Part shown: one piece after another, positions 42,401 through 56,213 of the stretch
Layout of the letters: each line of letters begins with the position of its first letter
How positions within the stretch are numbered: position 1 is the stretch's first letter
Source of the DNA: Tubiluchus corallicola
Lineage: Eukaryota; Animalia; Priapulida
Assembly: GCA_030141605.1 (NCBI GenBank)
Contig: JAQGDQ010000643.1
Coordinates: 1 to 64,000 of the forward strand
DNA: 64,000 nucleotides
Reading direction: 5' to 3'
Position numbers and translations under genes: made by a program
The notes under the pieces: generated by a model
Seen by the model: only the letters and a program-made list of their open reading frames with translations
Told to the model about the DNA's origin: nothing
Database searches by the model: none

Positions 42401-45400
42401 AAAAGGTTATCATTTAGCTATAGCAATAATTCTCTTTTTCATTATCACATTATTTAGCATATTCTCTTTTTCATTATCTCATAAAGAAAGTTTATAGCAA
42501 AATTAACATTGTTACCAAATAACACTCAGTTAAACTTCTCTTTCTCCATATCACCTTGCCAATTTATCTCTTCTCTTTCTCTTGATCATAAAATGACAAA
42601 CAATTTGATTTTCATGAAATTTCCACCTGCATAATGGATTTCCCTTCAACTGCAGAGCACCAATTCTTGCTCTAACCAGCAACCTAGATGTCTAAGTATC
42701 ATACATCCAAACTTCACATTGAAGTTGAGACTTATTCCTACTATATCTAATGGCTGTGGGAAACCTGTCTAGCTGATATTTACAAATAAACATACCAACA
42801 ACTTCACTAACTTTGCTTTCTATAAAATTGTTCAATTCCTTCTGTGACAAATTCATGTCTGTTAACCTATTAAGACATTGCCTAGTTAAAGGAACACAGG
42901 ATGATTTTTCATGTACTACCTCATTTTCAAGTCCGATAAAAAGTATATATTTTACCACAATAAATACTACAAAAGTGTTTCTGATAATTAAGTAATAGAT
43001 AAAAACTTAATCAACGGTGGGCGAGCCCAACTATTCATAACATCACAAACTAACGTAATTTTCAACAGCAAAAATATTCCACGAGTGTCTTGCAAAATGA
43101 TTTCCCTAATAATTACAAGCTTATCCCACTTTAAAAAGAATGCTTCCCATCGCTAGCAAATATGTTATATGAATTCCATTTCTTTGGACAGGTATTGACA
43201 TTCTCACTTTTCTATTTAACCCCGACTAAAGTTTACAATTCCCCACACACAAAAAATTAGTTCACTGAGCGGATTAGGATTAGGGTTACGATTACGGAAG
43301 AGTTAGGGTTACCGTATTTCAACTGGGAACTCCTTCCTTAACCCCTTAGCTCGAGTGACCACTGGCATTATTTGGGGCAATCTGCTTAAAATGACATTCA
43401 CTTGAAATTTACCATATTTACAGTACTTACTAGTGACAAATCATTGCAGCAAAGTGTATCAGTTTCCATAATAGCACAGCAAACAACACAAAAGCCATAC
43501 AATTCATCACAAAGACTAAATTAGTAAACAACACATGTAAATTGCTTCTCATTAGTTGCACAGAGTTCGCTTAGTCATAGTAAAACAAACAATTACTGCT
43601 ACTTGCAGGACTGTAACAACACAACGATATATTGTGATATATTTTATTATGATATGCATATCACCAAGCGTATCGTGATGATCTGAGTCAATGATATTAA
43701 GCAAATTATTATGCATCTGATTATATGTTGATAAAAATGACGCGAAGTAATTCAAGCTGAAGCTGTGGAGTGTACTGTAGATACCTCTCAATTAGTGCAG
43801 TGAGCAGTAGTTGACTTAATACAGGCACTGCTAGCAGCTGATGTGGTTGAAAACCCAAGGTGTTTAATCTCTAGTAGCTAATTACATTGTTTACATATAA
43901 ACTTGTGAAATAGCAAACATGAACCAGAAGTCACTTTTAAGCCTAAAGTATTGATCTGTTTTGCTTTTCTGGTGACTTACAATGCAAACAAGAGCTTACA
44001 CATTCCACAAGTAAGAAATAAAAATCAAACAGTTTGTCGAGTTATTTTCGACCCTAAAACTGTTGACTGATAAAATATCTTTAGCACTTATTACCAAAGG
44101 CTTAATCTAGTTTTTTATAAAGCCTGCAAACATCAACTCACGTGTAAAAATTCCTCATTAGTTCCTAATCAATGACAGTTTGTTTGGAGCACCTGTTTCA
44201 CTGCTGCTGACTGCATTTTTACAAGAACATTCCTATGGTCACTTCTCGGTCCTCTTATATTACCAACGGCTTAATCTAGTTTTTTATACAAGCTGCAAAC
44301 ATTAACTTATGTACATCTTGATGCAAATCATAGAGTGAGGTTAGTATCGTGACCTAGGCATGTTAACGATAACGATGCGTATCGATAATTATCGAAAATC
44401 GTATCGATACGAAACATTTGTTTTTATCCTTATCGTATCGAGGTTATTCTAGGTATATCGTTATCGTATCGATTTTGAATCACATAAAATCGCTTCACTT
44501 TACTTTTTAATTTACTTACAGAAATTAACTAAAAAGGTGGATTAAAAGAATTATTTAAAATTATAAGCTTGCCAGACGCATGGAGTTGCACTTTCGCTTT
44601 GCAATAGCGATTATCTTTATTCTGATTCTGAATCATACAGTGCACCGTATTTTTTGGTGTCATCATCCAGGACGTGAAATTATGCAGCTCGCACAGATAA
44701 ATCTTTGTATAGTTGTAATCTATGCATCTATCGCAGCTTACTTATTTATGGATCATCACACCATCATGTAGTAGTGTAATGAATACATAAATCCGCCTGC
44801 CAAAATATGGTAACTTATTGTGTAACTTACGGTTAATTGTGTAACTTGTAGACACCCTGCACACGACATTTCAGTCCGTCATCACTGACTGACTGTTTAA
44901 CAGAAATCAGGGCAGATAAACAGTACAGTGGAATTGATCACAATCATTTTAATTTTATTAGTAAGGTTCAAAAACATTCGCCATCTGTAAGTACTGTAAA
45001 CGAAAGTACGCATATTACAGCTCAACTTCAAAAACAGTCACCATCTGTAAGTACTGTAAACGAAAGTACGCATATTACAGCTCAACTTCAAAAACATTCG
45101 TCATCTGTAAGCACTGTAAACGAAAGTACGCATATTACAGCTCAACTACAATTTTGGCTAAACATTTGAAAGAGGTAAGCGTCAGAGATAATATATATAA
45201 ATGTAGTTGCTAAGCGATTCATTCCAGCTGCCTGGCTTCTTAGTTCTTGCCTTGCAAGCAACAATGGGCTGGTTTGTGTGAACGTGAACAGTGTGTTAAA
45301 TTTTGTATAATAATAGTTAGGTATTATGCTTCTTTATTAGACAAAGACACAGAAAACTTTTGTTTCATAACTAGCAGCCATTTAAGTGTACAGCACTTCA

Positions 45401-48400
45401 TAATTTTAATTATTAGAGATACTTTTTCTGTTGCTGCAGAAATTTTGTAAGTTCAGTATCGTTTTTATCGCTTGAAATAATTTATTTTATCGTATCGCAT
45501 CGTCTAAAAAGTGGATTGTCGTTATCGTATCGTTGGAAAAAGTGTCGTTACAGCCCTCGGTACTTGACTAACAAGCAGACAGTAAAATTATCCATATTCA
45601 TTTTAGTAACCACAGAGAAACCCACAACTTTACAATAACGAATCTAGCACACACAAATAATACTGACGACAACAACAACAACAATGTAATTAACACATAA
45701 GATTAAACACAAACAAGACGCATGAAAATATTAAAGATTTATTAAGAGATGAGGAATACCTGTTGCTGCTTTGTTAGAGGACTAGACAAATATTCACCCG
45801 GTAATTCACCGTCTTTTGAAGGTGCAGAAGAGCTAGAGTCACTAAAAGACAAATAGAATGCTTAATGATTTCACAAGGCAGTATGCATGCTCACACATCT
45901 CTTACAATGCTTTTGCAAACTTTTCACACATCTTTTACAAAGCTTTTGCAATCTTTTCACACATCTTTTACAAACTTTTCTTCCTGAGGCTCACTAGAGG
46001 AACACGTTGAACAAAAAAACTAAATTAATTAAAAATGGCATATGAGGCACCCTGAACATTTGACATTTGTTTTCACTTGACGCATTTTTCGTTTTAACGA
46101 CGATTTTCTTGACATGCACAAAGCAATTTTTACGTTAATAAATTTTTTTTACCTAATTTGAAACATTAAAATGCTACTTGTTGCATAATTCTGTTCAAAA
46201 GTACTGCTAATAATGTAAATCTAAAACATACAATATTTAGGTTTTTGTCTCCAGGCAGACAGGTAAAAAAGACTGCATCTTTGTCAAGCGCGAGGTCTAT
46301 TTGCGACTTCCACTTACATTGCCTGCTTGCCAGGGTAAAGTACAAACTTTTAATGAAATTGACTAAAAGACTGTTACCATAGCAACTAAAATGAGTGTCT
46401 AGACAAAATTTTCCCAAGGCATAGTTAGCACACAGGCTCAATTTCAAGGTCAACCATTTGCACGTGTGCAAGTGCGTTTGCCACATTAGTCAAAGAATAG
46501 AAAAACTGTAAATCAAAACTCACGTATTCTGAGATAATAAACTATAAAAACCTATAAAATATAAATGCAGGACACTATGTATATTGTATGTTTATGTAAT
46601 GTGACTTCAGTTATTTAACTAACATAGTTATCAAGCTTTGCAACAATGTAAAACTGTAAAGAAATGACATCTGCAGCAGCAGCAGCGACATTTACTGCAG
46701 GAGTAAATTATATAAAAAAAAAACAGAAACTGCTACTGGTGTTTCGCCCTCAATCCTTATTTTCAAAAATTTAAAAAAGGCGTCCACAATGAAGTCAAAC
46801 AAGAGGTACCTACGTGTTTATCTTATCATAGCAAGCGTCGCAAACTCGCACTTCCCTCTCGATACCAAACCTGGGAATCGTGCACGCCTTGGACGAACAC
46901 TTGCCACAGAATACTTGACCACAGTTTCGGCAGTGGTGCTGCACAAAAAATCAAAAACACATTACTAATGCAAATTTTAAATCAACGGAATTTACATGAA
47001 AATGCAGAAGGCACAAATCATAATTTTACCATTACAGCAGACACTGTATTTTACCGTGCCATAGAACATTGAATGGACAACAGCGAGCTGCTTCTCTGAA
47101 ACAAGATGAACAAAAAATAGCTGCTGCACCAGATCAAAATGCTAGTCATAGTATAAGGACAGCAGCAAGTTATCATGCTACCTAGTGTTTAGCACAAAAA
47201 CCCCAGTAATGAACTTGAAATTCTGAATTTAAAACATATTTTGTGCCACACAGAAGTGCCGTACTTTCATTTTTGCTTACGTAATCGCGTGACATATGAA
47301 CGCGAAAAAGGTTCCTGGTATTGCAAATTTTATCCATCGAGGACGTCACTCTTAACTACCACTGATAGTCTTTAATTAAGTAATTAATTAATTAAGAGAA
47401 CGTTTACTTATCAGAAATGTTAGAATTTGGACCGTAAGTGAAATGAGGTATGGTCTGGAAAACTGCAATGTTTTCTTTTAAGGTAAAAATAGATTATTTT
47501 AATGATAAACAATGGGTAACATGAAAGCTAGACGAGTCAGTTGTTATAAGACATAGTGCATGAAGGGTGACGCCCTATACAGTTAAAAAATGGTGACTTA
47601 TCTTGTCAACCTATGCTGGCAATACTCACTTTTCTCTGCACCATCGTGAACGTAACGCGGCAGCGGTGGCATACGTCGCCATCTGCCCATTCCGGTGCTT
47701 CGTCAGCTGCAAACATGGCATCACTTTCCTAAAACAAAACCAAAAAAGTAGAGTTTAGCTTACTCTCACTGCATAAGTAATGTAGCCATTATGCTGTTCT
47801 CGCTGTAAAAGAAAATATATTCACACGAGTAAGTTGAATAACTACACAATATGCTGATTAATTGCTCTGTTCAGTAACTGCATTACATTACTGCTATAAT
47901 CTTGAATATCTATCATACATACGTCTGATACATACATACATCCTACATATGTCTGGCAAGCTGGAAACCTATGAATGTACAATGTGCACTTCACAGATGA
48001 AAAAAATAGAATTGGGCAGCAGCAATGCACTTTTGAATAGGGAATTTGATGGATTTTGAATGGCCAAAAGTAAAAATATGGTAATATGGGAAACCTTGAG
48101 CTGAGGAAAATTGTATCCTTCAACTTTCATCAAATTATACGTGTCCTGTACAATTCGGTATTGCGTTTTATTCCGGAATGCATGAGACCAGACCTGTAGT
48201 AACTCCAACACTTTTGCCTTGACATTATCTTTTGCAACCTGGAAAAAGAACAGCAGTAAACGACTTGGAGCAAGTAAGTAATAAAAGTGACCAACTTCAA
48301 AGACATTGCTATTCTAATTTAATAGAAGATGCTCTCATAAGCCAAAAGACTGCTGATATTCCACAATCGAAGCTTGCATTTATTAAAACTTGCTCGGAAA

Positions 48401-51400
48401 ACTAATTTTTTGTATTCATATTTTTCCCTTGCCATTTCTAGATGCAGAACAACTGTTTACAAATCCAGTTTTTTCATTGAGTTTCTTTTATGTATTCTGT
48501 ACCAGAAAAATTGTTTCCGTTACCCGCTTCGAGATGGATGTCAATAGGTACCTTCCATCACTAGCGAGTTAATTATAAAATTGCATTTTTCTGGACTTGT
48601 ACTTACACTTTTTATCTTTCGACTGTAGCGGCTTGCCCTAGCTCTGGCTAAGATAACTTGTGTAAAATAGATTAAGATTTCTGTAATATTACAAGGTATG
48701 AGAGGCTATAAATTTATGCATCTTAGTAAAAAAGGAACATAAACTTTCGGTCATTTTTCTTTAGCATTGGCTTACACTTTTTATCTTTCGACTGTTGCGG
48801 CTTGCCCTAGCTTTGGCTAAGATAACTCGAGAGTAAAATAGATTAAGATTTCTGTAATACTACAATGTATGAGAAGCTATGAATTTATGCATCTTAGTAA
48901 AAAAGGAACATAAACTTTCGGTCATTTTTCTTTAGCATTGGCTTACACTTTTTATCTTTCGACTGTTGCGGCTTGCCCTAGCTTTGGCTAAGATAACTCG
49001 AGAGTAAAATAGATTAAGATTTCTGTAATACTACAATGTATGAGAAGCTATGAATTTATGCATCTTAGTAAAAAAGGAACATAAACTTTCAGTCATTTTT
49101 CTTTAGCATTGGCTTACACTTTTTATCTTTCGACTGTTGCGGCTTGCCCTAGCTTTGGCTAAGATAACTCGAGAGTAAAATAGATTAAGATTTCTGTAAT
49201 ACTACAATGTATGAGAAGCTATGAATTTATGCATCTTAGTAAAAAAGGAACATAAACTTTCGGTCATTTTTCTTTAGCATTGGCTTACACTTTTTATCTT
49301 TCGACTGTTGCGGCTTGCCCTAGCTTTGGCTAAGATAACTCGAGAGTAAAATAGATTAAGATTTCTGTAATACTACAATGTATGAGAAGCTATGAATTTA
49401 TGCATCTTAGTAAAAAAGGAACATAAACTTTCAGTCATTTTTCTTTAGCATTGGCTTACACTTTTTATCTTTCGACTGTTGCGGCTTGCCCTAGCTTTGG
49501 CTAAGATAACTCGAGAGTAAAATAGATTAAGATTTCTGTAATACTACAATGTATGAGAAGCTATGAATTTATGCATCTTAGTAAAAAAGGAACATAAACT
49601 TTCGGTCATTTTTCTTTAGCATTGGCTTACACTTTTTATCTTTCGACTGTTGCGGCTTGCCCTAGCTTTGGCTAAGATAACTCGAGAGTAAAATAGATTA
49701 AGATTTCTGTAATACTACAATGTATGAGAAGCTATGAATTTATGCATCTTAGTAAAAAAGGAACATAAACTTTCGGTCATTTTTCTTTAGCATTGGCTTA
49801 CACTTTTTATCTTTCGACTGTTGCGGCTTGCCCTAGCTTTGGCTAAGATAACTCGAGAGTAAAATAGATTAAGATTTCTGTAATACTACAATGTATGAGA
49901 AGCTATGAATTTATGCATCTTAGTAAAAAAGGAACATAAACTTTCGGTCATTTTTCTTTAGCATTGGCTTCTCACTCTGTTCAGTAAACTCATAATTACG
50001 ATTATAAGTAATGATCAATTCAAACTACTTACCTTAGCCAGTTCTTTCATATCTTCCATAAATGGCTTCGTGGCCACCTCATTGTGAATGACGGAACCAC
50101 AGTTTTTCACAACAGACTCCAACAACTGCAAGCAGAACCATACATCAAATTATGAGAAAAAAAGTTGACTTTAGTGTAGTCAAATGGCTTTACATTAGCG
50201 GATTCTAACCTAGCTAAACTTACCTGGAGCGCAAACATGCCCACATGTGGATTTTGATTAAACATTTTCTTCTTGATGCCCTGGAGGGCATACTTTGGCC
50301 TGAAAAAAGAAAACACATTAATCCAGCTTTTAAACTACAAACTATCAACTTTTTAAAACGTAACCTAAAACAAATTCATCTACTAGCATGAATCACACAA
50401 TCTAACACTTTAGCATCTTGTGGTAACTATAGCAACAGTTCGTCAGCAACAGCCTGCTTACAAACAAATCTTATTGATTTGAAATAGCACTATTGCAAAT
50501 CATGTATAATTGCATTTTTATACCATATACAAGTAAGTACTGCTTAGCAAGAAACAATAATCTTTAAAAGACACATAGATAAGCCCACTTTAAGAATAAA
50601 ACCTACTAATAACATTCACTTAGTTTGTTATGTTATGTTAACCTATGTAACATTTACGTCAGTCTTGATTGTGAAAAATGAAATCAGGTGCCAAAAATAA
50701 GTCTCTCTAAGTGTGTTAGCTTAGGGCGTTGTCATTAAGCATCAGTAACTATGGCTAGGATATGGATGGTTGCCGTAAGTAATTTATGCAACAACGCAAT
50801 CTTTGTAGCCATAATAACTACCTTTAGAGTATTTGGCACTTTAAGCTTGTCCTGTTACTATTGTTACTGTTCTTCTGAAGAACTTTAGCACTGCTGTGAA
50901 GTTTAGTTACTAATCCCAACTTGCTTAAAAAGCATTTTAAAGGACCAAAAATGGAGGTAAGAAAAACTGAGAGAAATATAATATAAATTGCAAACTTACG
51001 CTACATCTCCCTGTCGAATCTGGTCGCATATTTGAAGTATGGCATCCCAATCTGGTTCTAGCAGCAACTGACTTGTAGCTTTTTCTGAAATGCCAATTTT
51101 AATTGTCATAATGCTTCATCACAAGAAAAACCGTTCAAAGCCACTAATCAGACTTAGTAACCCTACACCTACACACAACTACAGTGAACTCGATTTGACA
51201 TTGTAATTAATATTTAATGTTAAATGTACATTTAACTGCCTCAATGTTAGAATAGATAAAACTGTTTCAAAGTTGACTGGAAAAATTCACAGCGTAAATA
51301 AAAAATCATTGAGCCATGCGATTTAAATTACGCTTTGCCGTGATCACAAAAAGCTACGTGATAATGTACTACTATTCATTTCATATTAAAGTTTAATGTT

Positions 51401-51507
51401 TCAAGTGTGGTACATAGCAAGCCAAGTCCCAATGAAGAGGGATGAATTAACGTTATAACAAAACACATACCTAGTTGTCTATCGAAGTGTCCGGTAGGCC
51501 GAAACAT
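30451..51507 (-). CDS. HGS: Hepatocyte growth factor-regulated tyrosine kinase substrate (Hrs, ESCRT-0)
   Basis: Exons (minus): 51507-51471, 51084-51000, 50299-50224, 50125-50033, 48238-48095, 47728-47630, 46938-46814, 45841-45760, [41557-41525 candidate], 40393-40289, 37778-37722, 37361-37164, 35803-35596, 34717-34545, 33311-33143, 31857-31732, 31043-30451. VHS ([21 protein letters not shown]), FYVE ([10 protein letters not shown]...RKHHCRNCG), UIM ([16 protein letters not shown]), PSAP motif, coiled coil (YYEGLQDKL), P/Q-rich tail and C-terminal clathrin box LISFD. Confidence 0.97.
31286..31580. repeat. ~143-bp tandem duplication in an HGS intron
   Basis: ttgtagtttcggtagtcacatctgacacac at 31286 and 31429. 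Confidence 0.88.
32035..32355. repeat. ~67-bp tandem repeat containing the hairpin TTGAGCAACA-TG-TGTTGCTCAA
   Basis: About 5 copies visible. Confidence 0.9.
33630..34360. repeat. ~56-bp minisatellite, about 13 copies
   Basis: gaacagagaa[g/c]catttacatg[c/t]gtcacgt...ggcggtgacattc repeated. Confidence 0.95.
35013..35558. repeat. 38-bp minisatellite, about 14 copies
   Basis: ttgggaagatttgtgacactgagcaactacagaccttt repeated. Confidence 0.95.
38006..39320. repeat. 81-bp minisatellite split by a Helitron
   Basis: About 2 units at 38006-38158 and about 5 units at 38898-39320. Confidence 0.92.
38159..38897 (-). mobile_element. Non-autonomous Helitron (739 bp)
   Basis: On the minus strand it starts TC, ends CTAG, has the subterminal hairpin cgcaaaa-ttt-tttgcg, and is inserted between A and T with no TSD. 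Removing it restores the repeat unit ctgaataa|tgtccgc. Confidence 0.88.
40899..41000 (-). mobile_element. Truncated 3' end of a second copy of the same Helitron family
   Basis: ctagcaaaggccacgcaaaat...ataaatgcacttata...gcagcttttact matches 38159-38270. Confidence 0.7.
44353..45558. mobile_element. MITE-like element with CGATA-rich subterminal inverted repeats and an internal 60-bp x3 repeat (44965-45147)
   Basis: taggcatgttaacgataacgat at the left end versus atcgttgg...gtcgttacagccct at the right end; no clear TSD. Confidence 0.55.
48602..49972. repeat. 171-bp satellite-like tandem array, 8 near-identical units, in HGS intron 4
   Basis: Unit starts (cttacactttttatc) at 48602, 48771, 48942, 49113, 49284, 49455, 49626 and 49797. 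Confidence 0.97.
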
Positions 51508-51917
51508 GGCTTAAAACTGGATTCGCTTTGGAATCTTTCAGAGCAAAAATGAGTAAAAAGCACCTGACAATTTCGCTAAGGTACTGTACAGTATCGTCAC
51601 TATCGTGACGTCATGGGCAAACAGCATTTACCAGACCGAACAAATCGCTAAACGATCATTTATTAACGATCGAGTAAGGTCTGTCGTGTGTGTACAGTGC
51701 AAAGTGGATCTGTGTGATTTTGATAGTTTCTGATTTGTAAACTTTTCGGAAGTCATTCACGAGTTTCGCTTGCAACTCGTCTACCGGGTTGATTTAAGCA
51801 ATGATGCAGTGTGTTAAAATTTTTAAATCTGAAAATTTAAGACTATAGCAGCAACTTGAACTTCGTGTCGGAAAAAGGATGACTTGATTAGTACCGTAAT
51901 TTAGTATTCCAATCATT
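51508..51917. promoter_or_regulatory. HGS/ABCC1 bidirectional promoter, left copy
   Basis: 410 bp between divergent ATGs (HGS 51507 minus, ABCC exon-1 copy 51918 plus); CpG-richer; perfect CRE/ATF palindrome TGACGTCA at 51606-51613. Confidence 0.75.
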
Positions 51918-51971
51918 ATGCCTTACCATGACCAATATACTCTTAGTCAGTTTTGCGGTTCAGAATTTTGG
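51918..51971 (+). other. Duplicated ABCC1-like first coding exon (MPYHDQYTLSQFCGSEFW|gt)
   Basis: Identical to 58872-58925 with an intact GT donor; it faces the 3' end of the retroelement. Confidence 0.85.
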
Positions 51972-52412
51972 GTACGTCACTATTCGTTTAATAGAATAGA
52001 TTTCCTTACCTAGTTTAGTGTTGTGATGTTTATGTAACAGGTAATAAAAGTATTAGTAGCACGAGATATTTGAGATATCTTCATTCAAAACTTTTTAACA
52101 AAGGTTAGCATGGAAGTGTGTTACACTATGCAATGAATGAGCAATCGGCAAGGGTGATTGCAGCCCAGACCCCCAAACAAAGTATTCCATAGTTATCGCT
52201 ACAGTGCTCTTCGGAACCAAGAAATAAATAAATATATATGTCCAGGACCAGAATGATAGAATGTATTTGGTAATTTATATTCTGTATTTGCATTTAGTTT
52301 AGTTTAGGGGGGCAGTGGTGTCGGGGAGATTGTATAGGATGGAAAAATCCCACCCCCCGACACATTGCTGAGGCCTTCGACAGGCCCATTGCAATTATTC
52401 ACTGCTATACGT

Positions 52413-55400
52413 CTATTGGTCGTACTCGGCAAGCCTTCCAGCTTGCTTCAGATACGCCGCTAGTTTTTTCAGGTTTAAGTTCTCTACAACTGCTCTAAGT
52501 GTTGTATTTTTATTTCCCAGACATTTGATACGAGCACCCTGGTAGGCGGTGCATCGTCCCACGTGATGGTCCGGTGTTTCGTCTTCCTGACCACATTTCG
52601 GGCAAATCGCGGATTGTGCTCGACAAGTGGTTTTTTTATGTTTTTGGAGATTACAGTGTCCGGTTAGGACCTGTATAACCATGTTGAGTTGAGTTCTACT
52701 GAGACTCAGGAGCCTATTGCAGACTCGGGCCGAGGCCCAGCCCACATGTTCCTTTGTTCTCTTGCAGTCCTCACGATTATTCCACGACGTTTCCCATTGT
52801 TTTAAACTCCATCCCTTAATCGCGTAGACACAGCTAGCGTAAGGGACGGGCAGATAGGGTTCTGGTCCCTCCGGAGAGAGCTCAGATCCCTTTTTAGCAA
52901 GTTTGTCTGCCTCTTCGTTACCATGTACTCCTTCGTGTCCAGGAATCCATGTAACCAAGACTCGGTTTCTTTTTCCAAGTATGTTCAAGTTTTCAACACA
53001 ACGTAAAACCGAGATAGATTTTACTGAATTGTTTTCAGTAGCTTTAATAGCCGCCTGGCTGTCTGACAGGATGACTATTGATTGATTCTGGAGTCCTTCC
53101 GAAGACATTATCTCCGCCGCTTGTGAGATGGAAACTTCTGCCTGGAAAACAGTACTCAATTTCCCAAGATAGAAGAACTCCTCCAATACTCTGGACTCAG
53201 TCGGATACTCGATACGTATACCTGCACCGATCCTTCCGCCCAGTTTGGAACCATCGGTATAACACCTGACACAGTTCCTATCCATTTCGCCTTCCGATTT
53301 GATAGCGATTTCTATTTCCTGAATCTGGCATTCGAAATTTCTTTCGAACACGCGTGTTCTTTTTCTTAAATCACCCGGCATATGCAACAGTTGGAGGTCG
53401 CGCCTATAGCTATGGCACACATCGATATGACTTTTAGACTTACCAAAAGTTCCCACGGTCTTCGCTGTCCAGAGCCCCGCCGTATCTATACGGTATGACC
53501 CTCGGACCGCCTCCGACCGAATGAACTCGTCTATTGGTGTGATATTCAACAACATCTCCAATGCACCGGTAGGAGTACTTGGGAACGCTGAAGAAATCAT
53601 TAAGCATGCTAATCTCTGTACTTTCTGGAGCATTTTCCTGAGGTACATTTTTTCCAACCCGCTGACCCAGGACACACACGCATACGTCATGAAAGGACGC
53701 ACCATTGCCGTGTATATCCATTTCATGATCCGCGGTTGGATACCCCACGTTTTACCAACAATTTGTCTACATTGCATAAGTGCCGCCGTCGCCTTGTTGG
53801 TGACCCGTGTTATATGGCTCTTCCAAGTCAGTTTACTGTCTAGGGTTACCCCTAGCAGTTTCGCTTCATTGGAGAGTTGGAGCTTCTGTCCATTCATCCA
53901 GAGATCCCCAATATTTGGATTTCTCTTGTTTGTGAACATGATTACTTCGGTCTTACTACTGCTGAATTCTAGTTCAGTTTTCCTGGACCATTCAGCAGCA
54001 CTGTTAATTACATTTTGCGCCCTCCTTCTGACCGTCGATACGTTCGCACTAGCTATTAGTACTGCCAGGTCGTCGGCATAGGCTTGTGCATAAATTCCAT
54101 TTTCTTCAAATTCCCTAAGCAGAGAGTTCAATACACAGTTCCATAGCACGGGAGACAGTATTCCGCCTTGGGGGTTTCCCTTTACTACTTCCCTCTTTAC
54201 CGTGGCATCACACAGCTCTACTTGGACCGTACGGCACCTTACCATGTTCTCAATCCAGCGGATAAGAACTGGCGATACCTCAAGTTCAAGCAATGCGGCG
54301 GATATGCTATTAAAAGAAACGTTATCGAATGCCCCAACAATATCCAGAAAGACACCTAGTGAGAGCTTCTTTTTAGCAAGCTACGTTCAATACGCTGTAC
54401 ATACTCGTGCAGAGCAGTTTCCGTGGAAACGCCTGCGCGGAAGCCATACTGCACATTGGATAGTCTTGCTTGTAATTCAGTATCCTCGTTCAATTGATAG
54501 AAGACTATTCTCTCCAACCATTTCAGTTGAAATGACGTTAATGTTATCATCCGGAAAGACTTGACTTCTAAATAGCTATTCTTTCCGGGTTTCGGCAAAA
54601 ATACTCCTTTCCCTTCCTTCCAGGATCTCGGTACATGACCATACCTGAGACATGTCTGGAAAAGCATGAGGTAGTGTTTTTTAATGTATTTCCATCCTTT
54701 CTGCAACAGGACTGGATATATACCATCCGGTCCCGGAGCCTTGAACGGTTGGAATTCAAACAGTGCCGCTTTCACTCGTTCTTCCGAGCAAATGGAAGCG
54801 ATGAATTCCTCATCCACGGTCGCGCAAACAGGCAAATCCGTGGATGTGTCTGGTTCCGTTACTCGACTCCCTGGTGATAGGGTGTCGAGGAGCCGGTTTA
54901 AAGTTTCCTCCGGTGAACTGGTTAATTTACCGTCTTCTTTATACACACAGCTTAACTGCGCTGCTTTATTTCGGCGGAGGATCTTTACCAACCTAGCAGT
55001 TGGTGCCTGATCTTCCATCTTTTCCGTGAAACTCCGCCAGGATTGGCGTTTCGCCTTCCGGACGGCGTTTTTGAATATAGACTGGGTTAGCTTTCTTGTT
55101 TCCCAGTCTCGTTGATTTTTAGTCTTAGTGGCTCTCCTGCAAGCCCTGCGCGCCTCCTTGCGGAGACGGCTTAGCTCCGGATTCCACCATTTGTTCCCAT
55201 CCTTCTTCCTTTGCCTACGTAATGGGCAAGCAGTTTCATAAGAATGAATAACAGCAGCCTGAACTTCATCAGCCAAATCCTCAATATCCTCATTGGAGGA
55301 CACCTTGTATTCCCGGTTCAGTTCTGGAAGTTTATGCTCAAGTTCTTCCGCATACTTTTCCCAGCAAGTATGGCGGATGTTCCTGATAAGTGGGTTTTCT

Positions 55401-56201
55401 TTTGAAATACTGCTTTTCACTAGGAATCTTATATACATGTGGTCAGACAGCGATGGCACGTCACTGACATACCAATCGCATACTATGTCCCCTGCATGCA
55501 GATTCCTCAGTGTCAAGTCTAGCACCTCTTCTCTTGCTTTTGTTCGGAACGTTGGTTTACGGCCAACATTACAGAACTCAAGATTAGCGCTTGCACAATA
55601 CTCCAAGAGTTCCTCACCCCTGTCGTTGACATCGGTGGAACCCCATAACGTATGATGCGCATTAGCATCAGTCCCCACAATAATTGGAGTTTTATCACCG
55701 TCCCCGAATGATATCAGTTCCCTGAGTAACATAGGGGGAGCCGGTTGATCATGCACCATGTATGCCGAGGCGAAAATGAACTCATCTCCATCCCGGCACA
55801 CATTTTTTGCTTTAACCACCACAATGTCTGTATTCGAGAACACTGGAAGTAAAAAGCATTTTAGGTTAGGAGTGGCATAAATGCACGCCCGAGGCCTTTC
55901 TCCATTCCGGTTTCCCTGGAAACCGTCCTCGGAGTTTACCCCTAACTTCCCCACCGTGCGTCCAGGGTTCCTGTACAAAGACTAACCCGGTACGTATGTG
56001 TTTTACAACATCCTGCAAGTTGTAACTCGCAGCTTTGCTTTTGTGAAGATTGATTTGCCAGCACTCAATACCAGAGACACTTTGTGCTGGCTTCTCACCT
56101 ATTTTCTCCATAGTGTCCCCGGAAATAACATTCAATCTACCGTGGGTATTTCCACTGAAGACTGTCTGCGGCCGGGATTTTACTTTAGCCCCTGTTCCCA
56201 T
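52413..56201 (-). pseudogene. Retrotransposon ORF2 (APE endonuclease, reverse transcriptase, RNase H, CCHC knuckle) with two frameshifts
   Basis: QINLHKS..VQEPW..DANAHH..SDH (APE); QGGILSP and AYADD (RT); YTDGSK..FQAE..SDSQAA..WIPGHEGVHGNEEADKLAK (RNase H); CPKC..ETPDH..C. Frame breaks near 55925 and 54380. Confidence 0.93.
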
Positions 56202-56213
56202 ACTTTTCTGTAT

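Larger units (their letters stand above)
51218..52294. repeat. Left copy of a 1077-bp direct duplication flanking the retrotransposon
   Basis: Matches 58172-59248 at constant offset 6954; two substitutions seen (51592 T/58546 C, 51792 A/58746 G). Confidence 0.97.

Noticed and set aside
48602-49972. Homology to primate alpha satellite
   Set aside because: Only the 171-bp length coincides; I recognised no sequence similarity or CENP-B box.
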